Origin: Mobula hypostoma
Taxonomy: Eukaryota
Direction: 5' to 3'
Assembly (NCBI RefSeq): GCF_963921235.1
Contig: NC_086108.1
Location: 117,926,001 to 117,990,000 of the forward strand
DNA: 64,000 bases
The notes under the pieces were generated by a model. That model was not told where the DNA came from. It saw nothing but the letters and a program-made list of their open reading frames with translations, and searched no databases. The position numbers and the translations under genes were made by a program. Shown here in pieces: positions 26,600 through 38,312 of the stretch (position 1 is the stretch's first letter; every line of letters begins with the position of its first letter).

Positions 26600-27390
26600 T
26601 GATAAGGGGCCCAAAACTGCTCACAGTACTCCAAGTGAGGCATCACCAGTGCTTCATAAATTTTCAGCATTACATGCTTGCTTTTATATTCTAGTCCTCT
26701 TGAAATGAACATTAACATTGCATTTGCCTTCCTCACCACAGACTCAACCTGCACATTAACCTTTAGGGAATCCTGCAGATGGACTCCCTGTGGAACACCA
26801 CTAATCACCGGCAGCCAATCAGAAAAGGCTCCCTTTATTCCCACTCTTTGCCTCCTGCCAATCAGCCACGGCTTTGTCCATGCTAGAATCTTTCCTGTAA
26901 CACCATGGATTTGTACCTTGTTAAGCAGCCTCATGGGTGGCACCTTGTCAAAGGCCTTCTGAGTACACAACATCAACCGATCCTCCTTTGTTTGTCCTGT
27001 TTGTTATTTCTTCAAAAAATTCCAGTAGATTTGTCAGGCAAGATTTTCCCTTTACAGAAACTATGCTGACTTCGACTTACTTTATCATTAGTCTCCAAGT
27101 ACCCTGAAACCTCATCCAGAATAATAGACTCCAACACCTTCCCAGCCACTGAGGTCAGACTGACTGGCCTATAGTTTCCTTTCTTCTGCCTCTCCCCCTT
27201 CTTGAAAAGTGGAATGACATTTGCAATTTTCCAGTCTTCCAGAACCATTCCAGAATCTTGTGGTTCTTGAAAGATCATTATTAATGCTTCCATGATCTCT
27301 TCAGCCACCTCTTTCAGAGCACTGGAATGTACACCATCTGGTCCTCATGACTTTTCAGGATCCCAAGAACCTTCTGTCTAGTTATGGTAA
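26600..27390 (-). mobile_element. Deleted CR1 RT fragment
   Basis: ORFs 26524-26976 and 27012-27308. Confidence 0.85.
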
Positions 27391-27603
27391 CACTGAATGA
27401 GAGGTTGTTGTTATGGAACCACTCAGCTAGACTTTCATTCTCCCTCCTATATGCTGATTTATCCATTTGTTCAGGCCAACAAGTGGTTTTGTCAGCACAC
27501 TTGAATATGATATCTATAGTGATATAGTGTCTGCCTGCTTGGCTGCGTAAGGTGATACTGTTTTACTGGCTGCTAAGTAACTGGCAGTTTATCCACTTAT
27601 CAG

Positions 27604-27720
27604 GTTTGCTGGAGCAATCGATCGGCATCAGGCAGAAGCTGAGTTGATTAACCGTGAGAACAGCACTTTCCTTGTTCGGCAGAGGCCTAAGCAGCTGGAC
27701 GAATTTGCCATCAGCATCAA
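27604..27720 (+). CDS. VAV3: VAV3-like exon C, SH2 alphaA-betaB-betaC with FLVR motif
   Basis: ccacttatcag|G acceptor and AA|gtgagt donor; 117 bp, phase 2-2; encodes FAGAIDRHQAEAELINRENSTFLVRQRPKQLDEFAISI. Confidence 0.95.
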
Positions 27721-27817
27721 GTGAGTTGCTACTGCCCTCAGGCAGGTACAGTGCTGAAGTACAAACAGGTTCAGAGCTCATGTTCAGTGGGATTCACTCC
27801 AGGTAACCACTTCACCA

Positions 27818-28054
27818 ACACAAGGGATTCTGCACATGCTGAAAATCCAGAGCAACACACACACATAATGCTGGAGGGACTCAGCAGGCCAGACAGCATC
27901 TATGGAAATGAATAAATAGTCAATCTTTCTGGCCAAGACCCTTCATTGAGACTGATCAGGACTGTCCTGATGAAGAGTCTTGGCCTTCATTGTTAATTCA
28001 TTTCCATAGATGTTGCCTGACCTGCTGAGTTGCTCCAGCACTTTTTGTGTGTTG
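27818..28054 (-). mobile_element. Older Penelope pseudo-LTR-derived palindromic element
   Basis: Inverted arms caacacac...gctggagggactcagcaggcc / cctgctgagttgctccagc...gtgtgttg; ctgatga is present but the GAAA is lost. Confidence 0.8.
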
Positions 28055-28139
28055 ACTGCTTCACCTGTTTGTCAAAGGGACCAGTAACCAAACAGTGAGC
28101 TCAATGGGAAACTTTAGCAACCTCAAGGCCACAGTGGTA

Positions 28140-31100
28140 GAACATATAACCATATAACAATTATAAGCACAGAAACAGGCCATCTCGGCCCTTCTAGTCC
28201 ATGCCGAATGCTTACTCTCACCTAGTCCCACCGACCTGCACTCAGCCCACAACCTTCCATTCCTTTCCTGTCCATATACCTATCCAATTTTTCTTTAAAT
28301 GACAATATCGAACCACTTCTACTGGAAGCTCTTTCCACACAGCCACCACTCTGAGTGAAGAAGTTCCCCATCGTGTTACCCCTAAACTTTTGCCCCTTAA
28401 CTTTCAACTCATGTCCTCTTGTTTGAATCTCCCCTACTCTCAATGGGAAAAGCCTATCCATGTGAATATCTATCCCCCTCATAATTTTAAATACCTCTAT
28501 CAAGTCCCCCCTCAACCTTCTACGTTCCAAAGACCTAACTTGTTCAACCTTTCTCTAACTCTGGTCCTGAAACCCAGGTAACATTCTAGTAAATCTTCTC
28601 TGTACTCTATTTTGTTGACATCTTTCCTATAATTTGGTGACCAGAACTGTACACAATACTCCAAATTTGGCCTCACCAATGCCTTGTACAATTTCAACAT
28701 TACATCCCAACTCCTATACTCAATGCTCTGATTTATAAAGGCCAGCATACCAAAAGCTTTCTTCACCACCCTATCCACATGAGATTCCACCTTCAGGGAA
28801 CTTTGCACCATTATTCCTAAATCACTCTGTTCTACTGCATTCTTCAATGCCCTACCATTTACCATGTACATCCTATTTTGATTAGTCCTACCAAAATGTA
28901 GCACCTCACACTTATCAGCATTAAACTCCATCTGCCATCTTTCAGCCCACTCTTCTAACTGGCCTAAATCTCTCTGCAAACTTTGAAAACCTGCTTCATT
29001 ATCTACTACGCCACCTATCTTAATATCATCTGCATACTTACTAATCCAATTTATCACCCCATCATCCAGATCATTAATGTATATGACAAGTAACATTGGA
29101 CCCAGTACCTGAGGCACACCACTAGTCACCGGCCTCCAACCTGACACACAGTTATCCACCACTACTCTCTGGCATCTCCCATCCAGTCACTGTTGAATCC
29201 ATTTTACTATTTCAATATTAATACCTAATAACTGAACCTTCCTAACTAACTTTCCACGTGGAACCTTGCAAAGGCCTTACTGAAGTCCACATAGAAAACA
29301 TCCACTGTTTTACACTTGTTAACTTTCCTAGGGTCCTCCTCAAAAAATTCAATAAGATTTGTCAAACGTGACCTTCCACGCACAAATACACGTTGACTGT
29401 TCCTAATCCGACCCTGTCTAAAAAAAAATTTTCAAAAAAAATAAGAGCAACAAAAACAAACCAGCTCAGACATGTATAAAAAAGAAATAAGCAAAAAAAA
29501 AAGACATAACATTAGAGTGATGCCTATTGTTCAAAGTGCTCAGAAATACTAAACATTAAATCTCAAATGAGGGCCATGAGAAATCATCTGGGGGGAAATT
29601 TCTCATCCGCCCCGGCCTCGTCCAGGTAGGCGAGAAATGGATCCCAGATAGCCGAAAATTTTTTTTATTGAATTATTTCTCAAGAACCTAAGTTTCTCCA
29701 TCTGTATGACTGAGATCATATCAGCCATCCATCTTCGAAAGGAAGGGGGAGAAGGTGATTTCCATTCCAACAAGATAAGTCTTTTGGCAACAATCATCCT
29801 CAGCATAAGAGACTGTTGTATGGCTGCAGGGAAACAAATAGTAGATTGTGAGCAGCCAAATATAGCGAGACCCTGTCTATCCAGATACTTATATATACCA
29901 TCTCTAAGAATACTTTCCATTAATTTACCCACCACTGACGTCAAACTTACAGGCAGATAATTGCTAGGTTTACTCTTAGAACCCTTTTTAAACAATGGAA
30001 CAACATGAGCAATACGCCAATACTCCGGCATCCCCATTTCTAATGACTTTGAAATATTTCTGTCAGAGCCCCTGCTATTTCTACACTAACTTCCCTCAAG
30101 GTCCGAGGGAATATCCTATCAGGACCCGGAGACGTATCAACTTTTATATTCCTTAAAAGTGCCAGTACTTCCTCTTCTTTAATCATCATAGTTTCCATAA
30201 CTTCCCTACTTGTTTCCCTTACCTTACACAATTCAATATCCTTCTCGTTAGTGAATACTGAAAAAAAGAAATGGTTCAAAATCTCCCCTGTCTCTTTTGG
30301 CTCCACACATAGCTGTCCACTCTAATTTTCTAAGGGACCAATTTTACCCCTCACTATCCCTTTGCTATTAATATAACTATAGAAACCCTTTGGATTTATT
30401 TTCACCTTACTTGCCAAAACAACCTCGTATCTTCTTTAAGCTTTTCTAATTTCTTTCTTAAGATTCTTCTTACATTCTTTATATTCCTCAAGCACCTCAT
30501 TTACTCCATGTTGCCTATATTTATTGTAGATTTCTCTCTTTTTCCAAACCAAGTTTGCAATATCCCTTGAAAACCATGGCTCTCTCAAACTTTTAACCAT
30601 TCCTTTCAACCTTACAGAAACAAAGATTCTGTGCCCTCAAAATTTCACCTTTAAATGACCTCCATTTCTCTATTACACCCTTCCCACAAAACAAATTGTT
30701 CCAACCCTCTCCTTCTAAATCCTTTTGCATCTCCTCAAAGTTAGCCTTTCTCCAATCAAAAATCTCAACCCTGGGTCCAGACCTATCCTTCTCCATAATT
30801 ATATTGAAACAAATGGCATTGTGATCACTGGACCCGAAGTGCCCAACACATACTTTCGTCACCTGACCTATCTCATTCCCTAACAGGAGATCCAACACTG
30901 CCCCTTCTCTAGTTGGTACCTCTATGTATTGCTGCAAAAAACTATCCTGCACACATTTTTCAAACTCCAAACGATCCAGCCGTTTTACAGAATGGGCTTC
31001 CCAGTCAATGTGTGGAAAATTAAAATCTCCCACAATCACAACTTTGTGCTTACTACAAATATCTGCTATCTCCTTACAGATTTGCTCCTCCAATTCTTGT

Positions 31101-31928
31101 TCCCCATTAGGTGGTCTATAATACACCCCATAAGCATCACTACACCTTTCCCATTCCTCAATTCCACCCAAATAACTTCCCTAGACAAGCCCTCTAATCT
31201 ATCCTGCCAGAGCACCACTGTAATATTTTCTCTGACAAGCAATGCAACACCTCCCCCCTTGTCTTTCCGATTCTATCACACCTGAAGCAATGAAATCCCA
31301 GAATATTTAGTTGCCAATCACACCCCTCCTGCAACCATGTTTCACTAATAGCAACAACATCATATTTCCAGGTATCAATCCATGCTCTAAGCTTATCCAC
31401 CTTTCTTACAATGCTCCTAGCATTAAAATAAATCCATTTAAGAAATTCTCCACCTCTTACTGTTTATCAATAACGGTGCAAACAACTTTACTATCTCCTT
31501 TTTTGTCCTTCTCCCCAACATCTGTTCCTATACTCTTGTTCCTCTCTCCGCTTGTATCTAGTTTAAATCCACTGCAGCCTCTCTAGCAAACCTACCTGCA
31601 AGAATATTTGTCCCCCTCCAGTTCAGATGTAAACTGTCCAGCCGAAACAGGTTCCACCCTCCTTGGAAAACTGCCCAATTATCTATAAATCTGAAGCTCT
31701 CCCTCCTGCACCATGTCTTCAGTCACGTGTTGATCTGCTCTATCTCACTATTTCTAAACCTGCCTGCACATGGCACTGGTAGCAATCCTGAGATTGCTAT
31801 CCTGGAGGTCCTGTCTTTTAACGTGGCACCTAACTCCCTAAACTCACCTTTCAGGACCCCCCACGCTCTTCCTACCCACGTCATTGGTCCCTATGTGGAC
31901 CACAACATCCAGCTGTTCACCCTCCCTC
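28140..31928 (-). mobile_element. CR1 LINE (ORF1 esterase C-terminal part through 3' tail), interrupted by an L1 piece; 5' part cut off at the Gypsy LTR
   Basis: ORFs 28512-29162 and 30593-31171; VVVHIGTND near 31880; (gttatatg)n tail. Confidence 0.93.
29421..29868 (-). mobile_element. L1-clade ORF2 C-terminus plus partial 3'UTR
   Basis: AKRLILLEWKSPSPPSFRRWMADM...EKLR resembles the fish L1 C-terminus; 11-bp TSD gaccctgtcta (29410-29420, 29869-29879). Confidence 0.82.
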
Positions 31929-32319
31929 TGTTGCAAGGACGTGGCAGTGGAATGAACCCAAGTGCTGAACACAGACGCGGAGGCCAAGTCAGGAGGCGTT
32001 GCGGTCGTAGTGAGCGTGGAATTGGTGTCCAAGAGAGTCTTTACCAGGAGTCTTGGGTTTAGTAACGAATTCAGTAACGATGCTAGACTTAGAACTGATA
32101 GTCCTAAGAACCATGGAATGAGGTTACTCATACACGAGTTGTCCAACAAACTGGCAGCTCCTTGTTGTGATCACAGGGTCTTTATCCTGCAGTTTCTGAT
32201 GGGAAGCAGGTGTGTGTAGTTAGTGGAACCTGGGAATGATTGGAAATTAAATGAGGTGATTGAGACCCAATTCCTGTGATAAATAGTAAGATGGGGGATT
32301 GCCAGAAGGGACCATGACA
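31929..32319 (-). repeat. 3' LTR of the Gypsy element (391 bp)
   Basis: Minus-strand tgtcatgg...gcaaca termini, preceded by the polypurine tract gaggtggggggttac (32320-32334). Confidence 0.88.
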
Positions 32320-35300
32320 GTAACCCCCCACCTCAACGGGAGCCTCCCGGCAACCCTCCAGGCCTGTCTGGATGGTCCCGATGAAAGTCCTGGATGAAGG
32401 AAGGGTCTAGGATGAAGGAGCGGGGGACCCAGGAACGCTCTTCTGGACCGTACCTTTCCCAGTCCACCAGGTATCGGAGACCCCTGCCCCAACGGTGCAC
32501 ATCTAGTAGTCATCGGACGGTGTATGTCGGATGGTTGTTGATGATACGGGCAGGTGGGGGAGCCTCAGCTGGGGGACACAAGGGGCTGACGGAAACTGGC
32601 TTTAACTGAGACATGAAAAGTTGGGTGGATGTGCATGGATCTTGGCAGCTTTAGGCGGACCGCTGTGGGATTGATAACCCTGTCAACCTTGAATGGTCCC
32701 AGGAAGCGAGGGGCGAGTTTCCTATGTTCGTTTTTGTGCAGGATGTCCTTGGAAAAAAGCCACACCATCTGCCCAGGTTGGTACTCAGATGTCGGAGTCC
32801 GGTGTCGTTCGGCTGTCTTCTTATTTCGATTTGTTGATCTGAGTAGGGCTGTGCATGTCTCCTCCCAAATCTTAGGGCACTGATCAATATAGTCCTGAAC
32901 CAACAGTACCGCAATCTCCTCTTCTTGTGCGGGGAACAGCGGGCGTTGGTACCCAAGGGAGCACTCGAACGGAGACCTTCCAATGGCAGAGCTTACCAGA
33001 GAGTTGTGGGTGTACTCAGCCCACGATAGATGGTCGCTCCAGGTCGACGGGTTGTTTGCCGTTACACAACGTAGCATTGCCTCCAGCTCTTGGTTAACCT
33101 GTTCCGTCTGCCCATTCATCTGGGGGTGGAAGCCGGATGAGAGGCTGACCGATGCACCTAAGGCTTGACAGAATGCCTTCCATACCTGCGAGACAAACTG
33201 GGGACCTCGATCGGAGACGATGTCGCGGGGATTCTGTGGAGGTGGAAGACGTGGCGGACGAGAAGATCTGCGGTTTCTTGAGAGGAGGGTTTAGGAAGGG
33301 CCACAAAGTGCACTGCTTTGGAGGAATAGGTCTACCACGATGAGGACAGTGGTGTTTCCGTGGGAACGGGGTAGACCGGTGACAAAGTCTGGGGCGACGT
33401 GTGACCAGGACAGGTAGAGGACGAAGTAGACCCACAGGTGGCCGATAAGAGGCCTTTCCCCGGACACAGATGGAACAAGCCGAGACATAAGAACGGGTGT
33501 CCCTCTCCATGGACGGCTGCCAAAAGTGCTTCCTCAGGAGAGCCAGGGTCCGATCACTCCCAAGGTGGCAGGTGAACAGGGATGTGTGCCCCCATTGGTG
33601 AACCCGAGACCTGACGGAGACGGGCACGTACAGGCAATCGCTGGGTCCATTGCCAGTGTCGGGGTCTTCCCGCTGGGCTTCCTTTACTTTAGACTCAATC
33701 TCCCAAGTGAGGGTGGCAACCACGCAGGATGGTGGGAGGATAGTCTCGGAAATGGAGGTGTCATCCTTGGAGTCATGCTGGCGGGCTAGTGCATCTGGCT
33801 TCCCGTTCTTGGATCCTGGATGGTACGTGAGGGTAAACTCGAACCCTCCAAAAAACAATGCCTGGCGGGAGTTCAATCGTTTGGCGGTCTGAATATACCC
33901 CAGGTTCTTACAATCAGTCCACACCACAAACGGGTGTTCTGCCCCCTCCAGCCAGTGCCTCCATTCTTCCAGTGCTAATTTGACTGCCAGCAGTTCCCGA
34001 TTCCCCATGTCGTAATTCCGCTCGGTGGGGGACAGTCGGCGAGAGTAGAACATGGAGGGGTGAAGCTTTTTGTCCAAACTTGACCATTGGGATAGGACCA
34101 CTCCTACCCCGGAGTCAGAGGCGTCCACCTCAAGGATCAATTGACAGGATGGGTCTGGATGGACCAGGATGGGAGTGGTGGTGAAACGCCTCTTCAGGTT
34201 GGTGAATGCTGAGTCAGCTTTGGAGTCCCAGCAAAACAGTGTGGTAGGCGAGGTAAGCCGGGTAAGGGGGGAGGGGCTGCTCTCGACTGTAGTATCTGAT
34301 GAATCTGCGGTAGAAGTTTGCAAACCCCAGGAATCATTGAAGTTGTTTGCGTGTCGTGGGTGCAGGCCATTCCTCCACTGCCCGGATCTTCTCGGGGTCT
34401 GCTTTTACCTGCCCGCTTTCAATGATATAACCTAGGAAGCTGACTGAAGGAACGTGGAACTCGCATTTCTCCGCCTTTGCAAATAACTGGTTTTCCCACA
34501 GTCTCTGGAGGAAATGACGGACATGGTGTACGTGCTCTTGGGGGCTGCTAGAAAATATCAGGATATCGTCAGGGTAAACAAATACCTTGATAAAGTCCCT
34601 CAGTACGTCATTGATCAGGCTTTGGAAAACGGCGGGAGCGTTGGTGAGGCCAAACAGCATGACCAAATATTCAAAGTGGCCCAGAGGTGTATTGAAGGCC
34701 GTCTTGCATTCGTTCCCCTCCCTCATCCTGACGAAATGGTAGGCGTTGCGAAGGTCCAGCTTTGAGAAGATGGTGGCTCCATGCAGTGGTTCAAATGCCG
34801 AACAAATGAGGGGTAGAGGGTAATTGTTCTTAACTGTTATATTATTTAGGCCTCGGTAGTCGATACAAGGGCGAAGCGTCCTGTCCTTCTTTTCTACAAA
34901 AAAGAAACCGGCGCCTACCGGGGAGGATGAAGGCCTGATAATGCCCGCCGCGAGGGACTCGCTAATGTATTTCTCCATTGCCTCTCCCTCCGGTCGGGAT
35001 AGGTTAAAAAGGCAACTGGTGGGTAGTGGGGCCCCGGGGAGAAGGTCAATGGCACAATCATATGGGTGGTGCGGAGGCAGGGAAAAGGCCCGTTGTTTAC
35101 TGAACACCTGTCCCAAGTCATGGTACTCTTTGGGGACGCGGGACAAGTCAAGGGGGTTCCAAAACAGGCGGGGTCACGGTAGCTTCTCTGGGAGATGGGG
35201 CTGACCGCAGACAGTTGGCATGGCAAGACGGGCTCCATTCGGCTATCCTCCCGGTAGACCAGTCGATATGGAGATTGTGTTGGGTCAGCCATGGATACCC

Positions 35301-36240
35301 TAGAACTACTGGGGCTTGAGGTGAATGAATGAGACTGAATTGTACCTCCTCCCGATGATTGCTGGATAGGATCAAGGTCAGGGGCAGCGTACAGTGGATC
35401 ACCCGAGCCAGCAGTTTTCCGTCCAGAGCCCGGGCCTCCAGGGGGGTGGTTAGTGGCTGGTGAGGTATTCCGGTCTGGGTGGCTATCTCTTCGTCCAGCA
35501 AATTGCCTCAGCACCAGAATCCACCAAAGTGGATAGGGACAGGGACTGTTGTTGGTAATTCGCGGTTGCCGGGATCTGCATCCGAGTCTGGGGTGCTGAA
35601 GGGAGTATCATTTGGCTCACCAGAGCTCCCTTTCTCACTGGTGAGCCCTCCCTTTTGGCCGCTGAGGGCAGGTATCCCGTAAATGTCCTGGCTGGCCACA
35701 ATAGTAGCAATCCCCAGCTCACCACCTCCGAATTCGTTCGGCCGGGGAGAGACGGTTCCGTCCCAGCTGCATCGGTTCCTCCCCCAGGGGGTGGGGACGG
35801 TCAGAGCAGGAGCCACACTGGGAGCGGCTGGGGAAGGGCGGCTGGCTGAGACTGGTAAGGTGGACTGTGGGCTTCCCCAAGGAGCGGGGCGACTGGTTCT
35901 CTCTCTCTGACGCTGCTGAAGTTGATAATCTAATCGAATGGCTAGCGAGATCAGAGTCCAGACAGTCCGTGTCGTTTCTCACGGCCAACTCTTGTCTTGT
36001 CCAAGAGGCCCTGTCGAAACACCTCCCATAGGGCCTCGACATTCCACCCGGAGTCTGCGGCTAAGGTCCGGAACTCAATGGAATACCTGGCCACACTTCG
36101 TGAAGCCTGACGAAGAGTAAACAACCGTTTCACTGCGTCCTTACTGCGAATGGATTGTTCGAAGACTTTCCTCATTTCAGCGACAAGGGAGGAGTAGGAG
36201 GAACAAACCTCAGGTCGGTTATCCCATGTTGTGGTTGCCC
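31929..36240 (-). mobile_element. Sushi-type Gypsy chromovirus (gag, PR, RT, RNase H, IN, chromodomain, 3' LTR); 5' LTR missing; frameshifted
   Basis: CYYCGQPGHLRDTC zinc knuckle (~35665-35710), VDSGA protease, [10 protein letters not shown] / FVYPDD RT, EVDASD RNase [10 protein letters not shown] integrase, [15 protein letters not shown] chromodomain. Confidence 0.95.
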
Positions 36241-36244
36241 AAGG

Positions 36245-37280
36245 TAAGGAGGCATGGGATTCAAGGAGACCTTGCTTTGTGAACCCAGAAATGTCTTTCC
36301 CATAGAAAGCAAAGGGGGGTTGTAGATGGTTTGTATTCTGAATGGAGTTCGGTGATCTGGTCTGGGATCCCTCTTCTTTGTGATTTTTATAAATAATCTG
36401 GATGAAGAAGTAGAAGGGTGGGTTAGTAAATTTGCTGATGACACATAAGTTGGGGTTGTTGTGAATAGTCTGGAGGGTTGCTAGAAGTTACAGCGTGACA
36501 TCAATAGGATGCAGAACTGGGCTGATAAGTGGCAGTTCAATCCAGATAAGTGTGAAGTGGTTCATTTCTGTAGGTCAAATTTGAAGACAGAATATTGTAT
36601 TAATGTTAAGACTCTTGGCAGTGTGGGAGATCAAACAGATCTTGGAGTCTATGTACATAGGATACTCAAAGCTGGTGCACAGGTTGTTAGTATTGTTAGG
36701 AAGGCATATCGTGTGTTGGCATTCATCAGCCGTTGTCAGACCCCACTTGGAGTAATGTGTTCAGTTCTGGTCACCTCACTACAGGAAGGATGTTGATACT
36801 ATAGAAAGAGTACGGAGGAGGTTTACAAGGATATTGTCTGGATTGGAGAACATGCCTTATGAGAATAGGTTGAGTTAACTTTCTTGGAGTGACAGAGGAT
36901 GAGAGGTGATGTGACAGAGGTGCATAAGATGATGAGAGGCATTGATCGTGTGGATAGCCAGAGGCTTTTTCCCAGGGCTGAAATGGCTAACACGAGTGGG
37001 CATAGTTTTAAGGTGCTTGGAAGTTGGTACCAAGGGAATGTCGGGGTAAGTTTTTCACACAGAGTGTGGTGGGTGCATGGAATGCACTGCCAGCGATGGT
37101 GGTAGAGGCAGATACAACAGGGTCTTTTAAGAGACTCTTAGATAGGTACATGGAGCTTAGAAAAATAGAGGGCTATGCGGTAGGAAAATTGTAGGCAGTT
37201 TCTGGAGTAGATTACGTGGTCGGCACAACATTGTGGGCTGGAGGGCCTGTAATGTGCTATAGATTTCTATGTTCTGTGTT
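36245..37280 (+). mobile_element. CR1 3' fragment
   Basis: KFADD and MQNWADKWQ motifs; (ttctatg) tail. Confidence 0.88.
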
Positions 37281-37584
37281 CGATCTAGATAGAAGTGTTA
37301 ACATCAGGCAAACACAACATGGATTAATGAAGGGCAGGTACTGTTGGACAAGCTCACTGGAATTCTTTGAGGATTTAAGGAACACAGTGGATCGGGAGGA
37401 TCCCTATCTCTCTGAGGTGGATGTTGACCTGCAGAGTTTATTTCAATAAGCTGCCACATAAAAGAAATCCATGAGGATGCAATATCTTTTATGTAACACC
37501 ATAGGATTTTATTTGTTAAGCAGCCTCGGGTGGCACCTTATCAAATGCCTTCTGAAGATTCAAATAAATGGCAGTGGATGTCTT

Positions 37585-38312
37585 TACATAGAAACAGAGA
37601 AAACCCTCAGCAAAATACAGGACTTTCGGCCCACAGAGTTGTGCCGAACATGTCCCTACCTTAGAAATTACTAGGCTTACCTGTAGCCCTCTATTTTACT
37701 AAGCTCCATGTACCTATCCAAAAAGTCTCTTAAAAGACCCTATTGTATCCGCTTCCACCACCGTTGCTAGCAGCCCAATCCACGCACTCACCACTCTCTG
37801 AGTAAAAAACTTACCCCTGACATCTCCTCTGTACCTACTCCCCAGCACCTTAAACTTGTGTCCTCTTGTGGCAACCATTTCAGCCCTGGGAAAAAGCCTC
37901 TGACTATATACATGATCAATGCCTCTCATCATCTTATACACCTCTATCAGGTCACCTGTCATCTTCCGTCACTCCAAGGAGAAAAGGCTGAGTTCACTCA
38001 ACCTATTCTCATAAGACATGCTCCCCCAATCCAGGCAACATCCTTGTAAACCTCCTCTGCACCCTTTCTATGGCTTCCACATCTTTCCTGTAGTGAGGTG
38101 ACCAGAACTGAGCACAGTACTCCAAGTGGGATCTGACCAGCGTCCTATATAGCTGCAACTTTACCTCTTGGCTCCTAAATTCAATTCCACGATTGATGAA
38201 GGCCAAAACACTGCACACCTTCTTAACCACAGAGTCAACCTGCGCAGTTGCTTTGAGAGTCCTATGGACTCGGACCCCAAGACCCCTCTGATTCTCCACT
38301 CTGCCAAGAGTC
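37585..38312 (-). mobile_element. CR1 3' fragment; host sequence resumes at 42183-42232 after the nested CR1
   Basis: ctgccaagagtc | ttaccattaatactata is contiguous in the related copy at 47512-47540. Confidence 0.88.

Noticed and set aside
31929..36240. Domesticated PEG10/RTL-like gene
   Set aside because: Many frameshifts and stops, RT motif decayed to YPDD, integrase core partly deleted, and an LTR is still attached.
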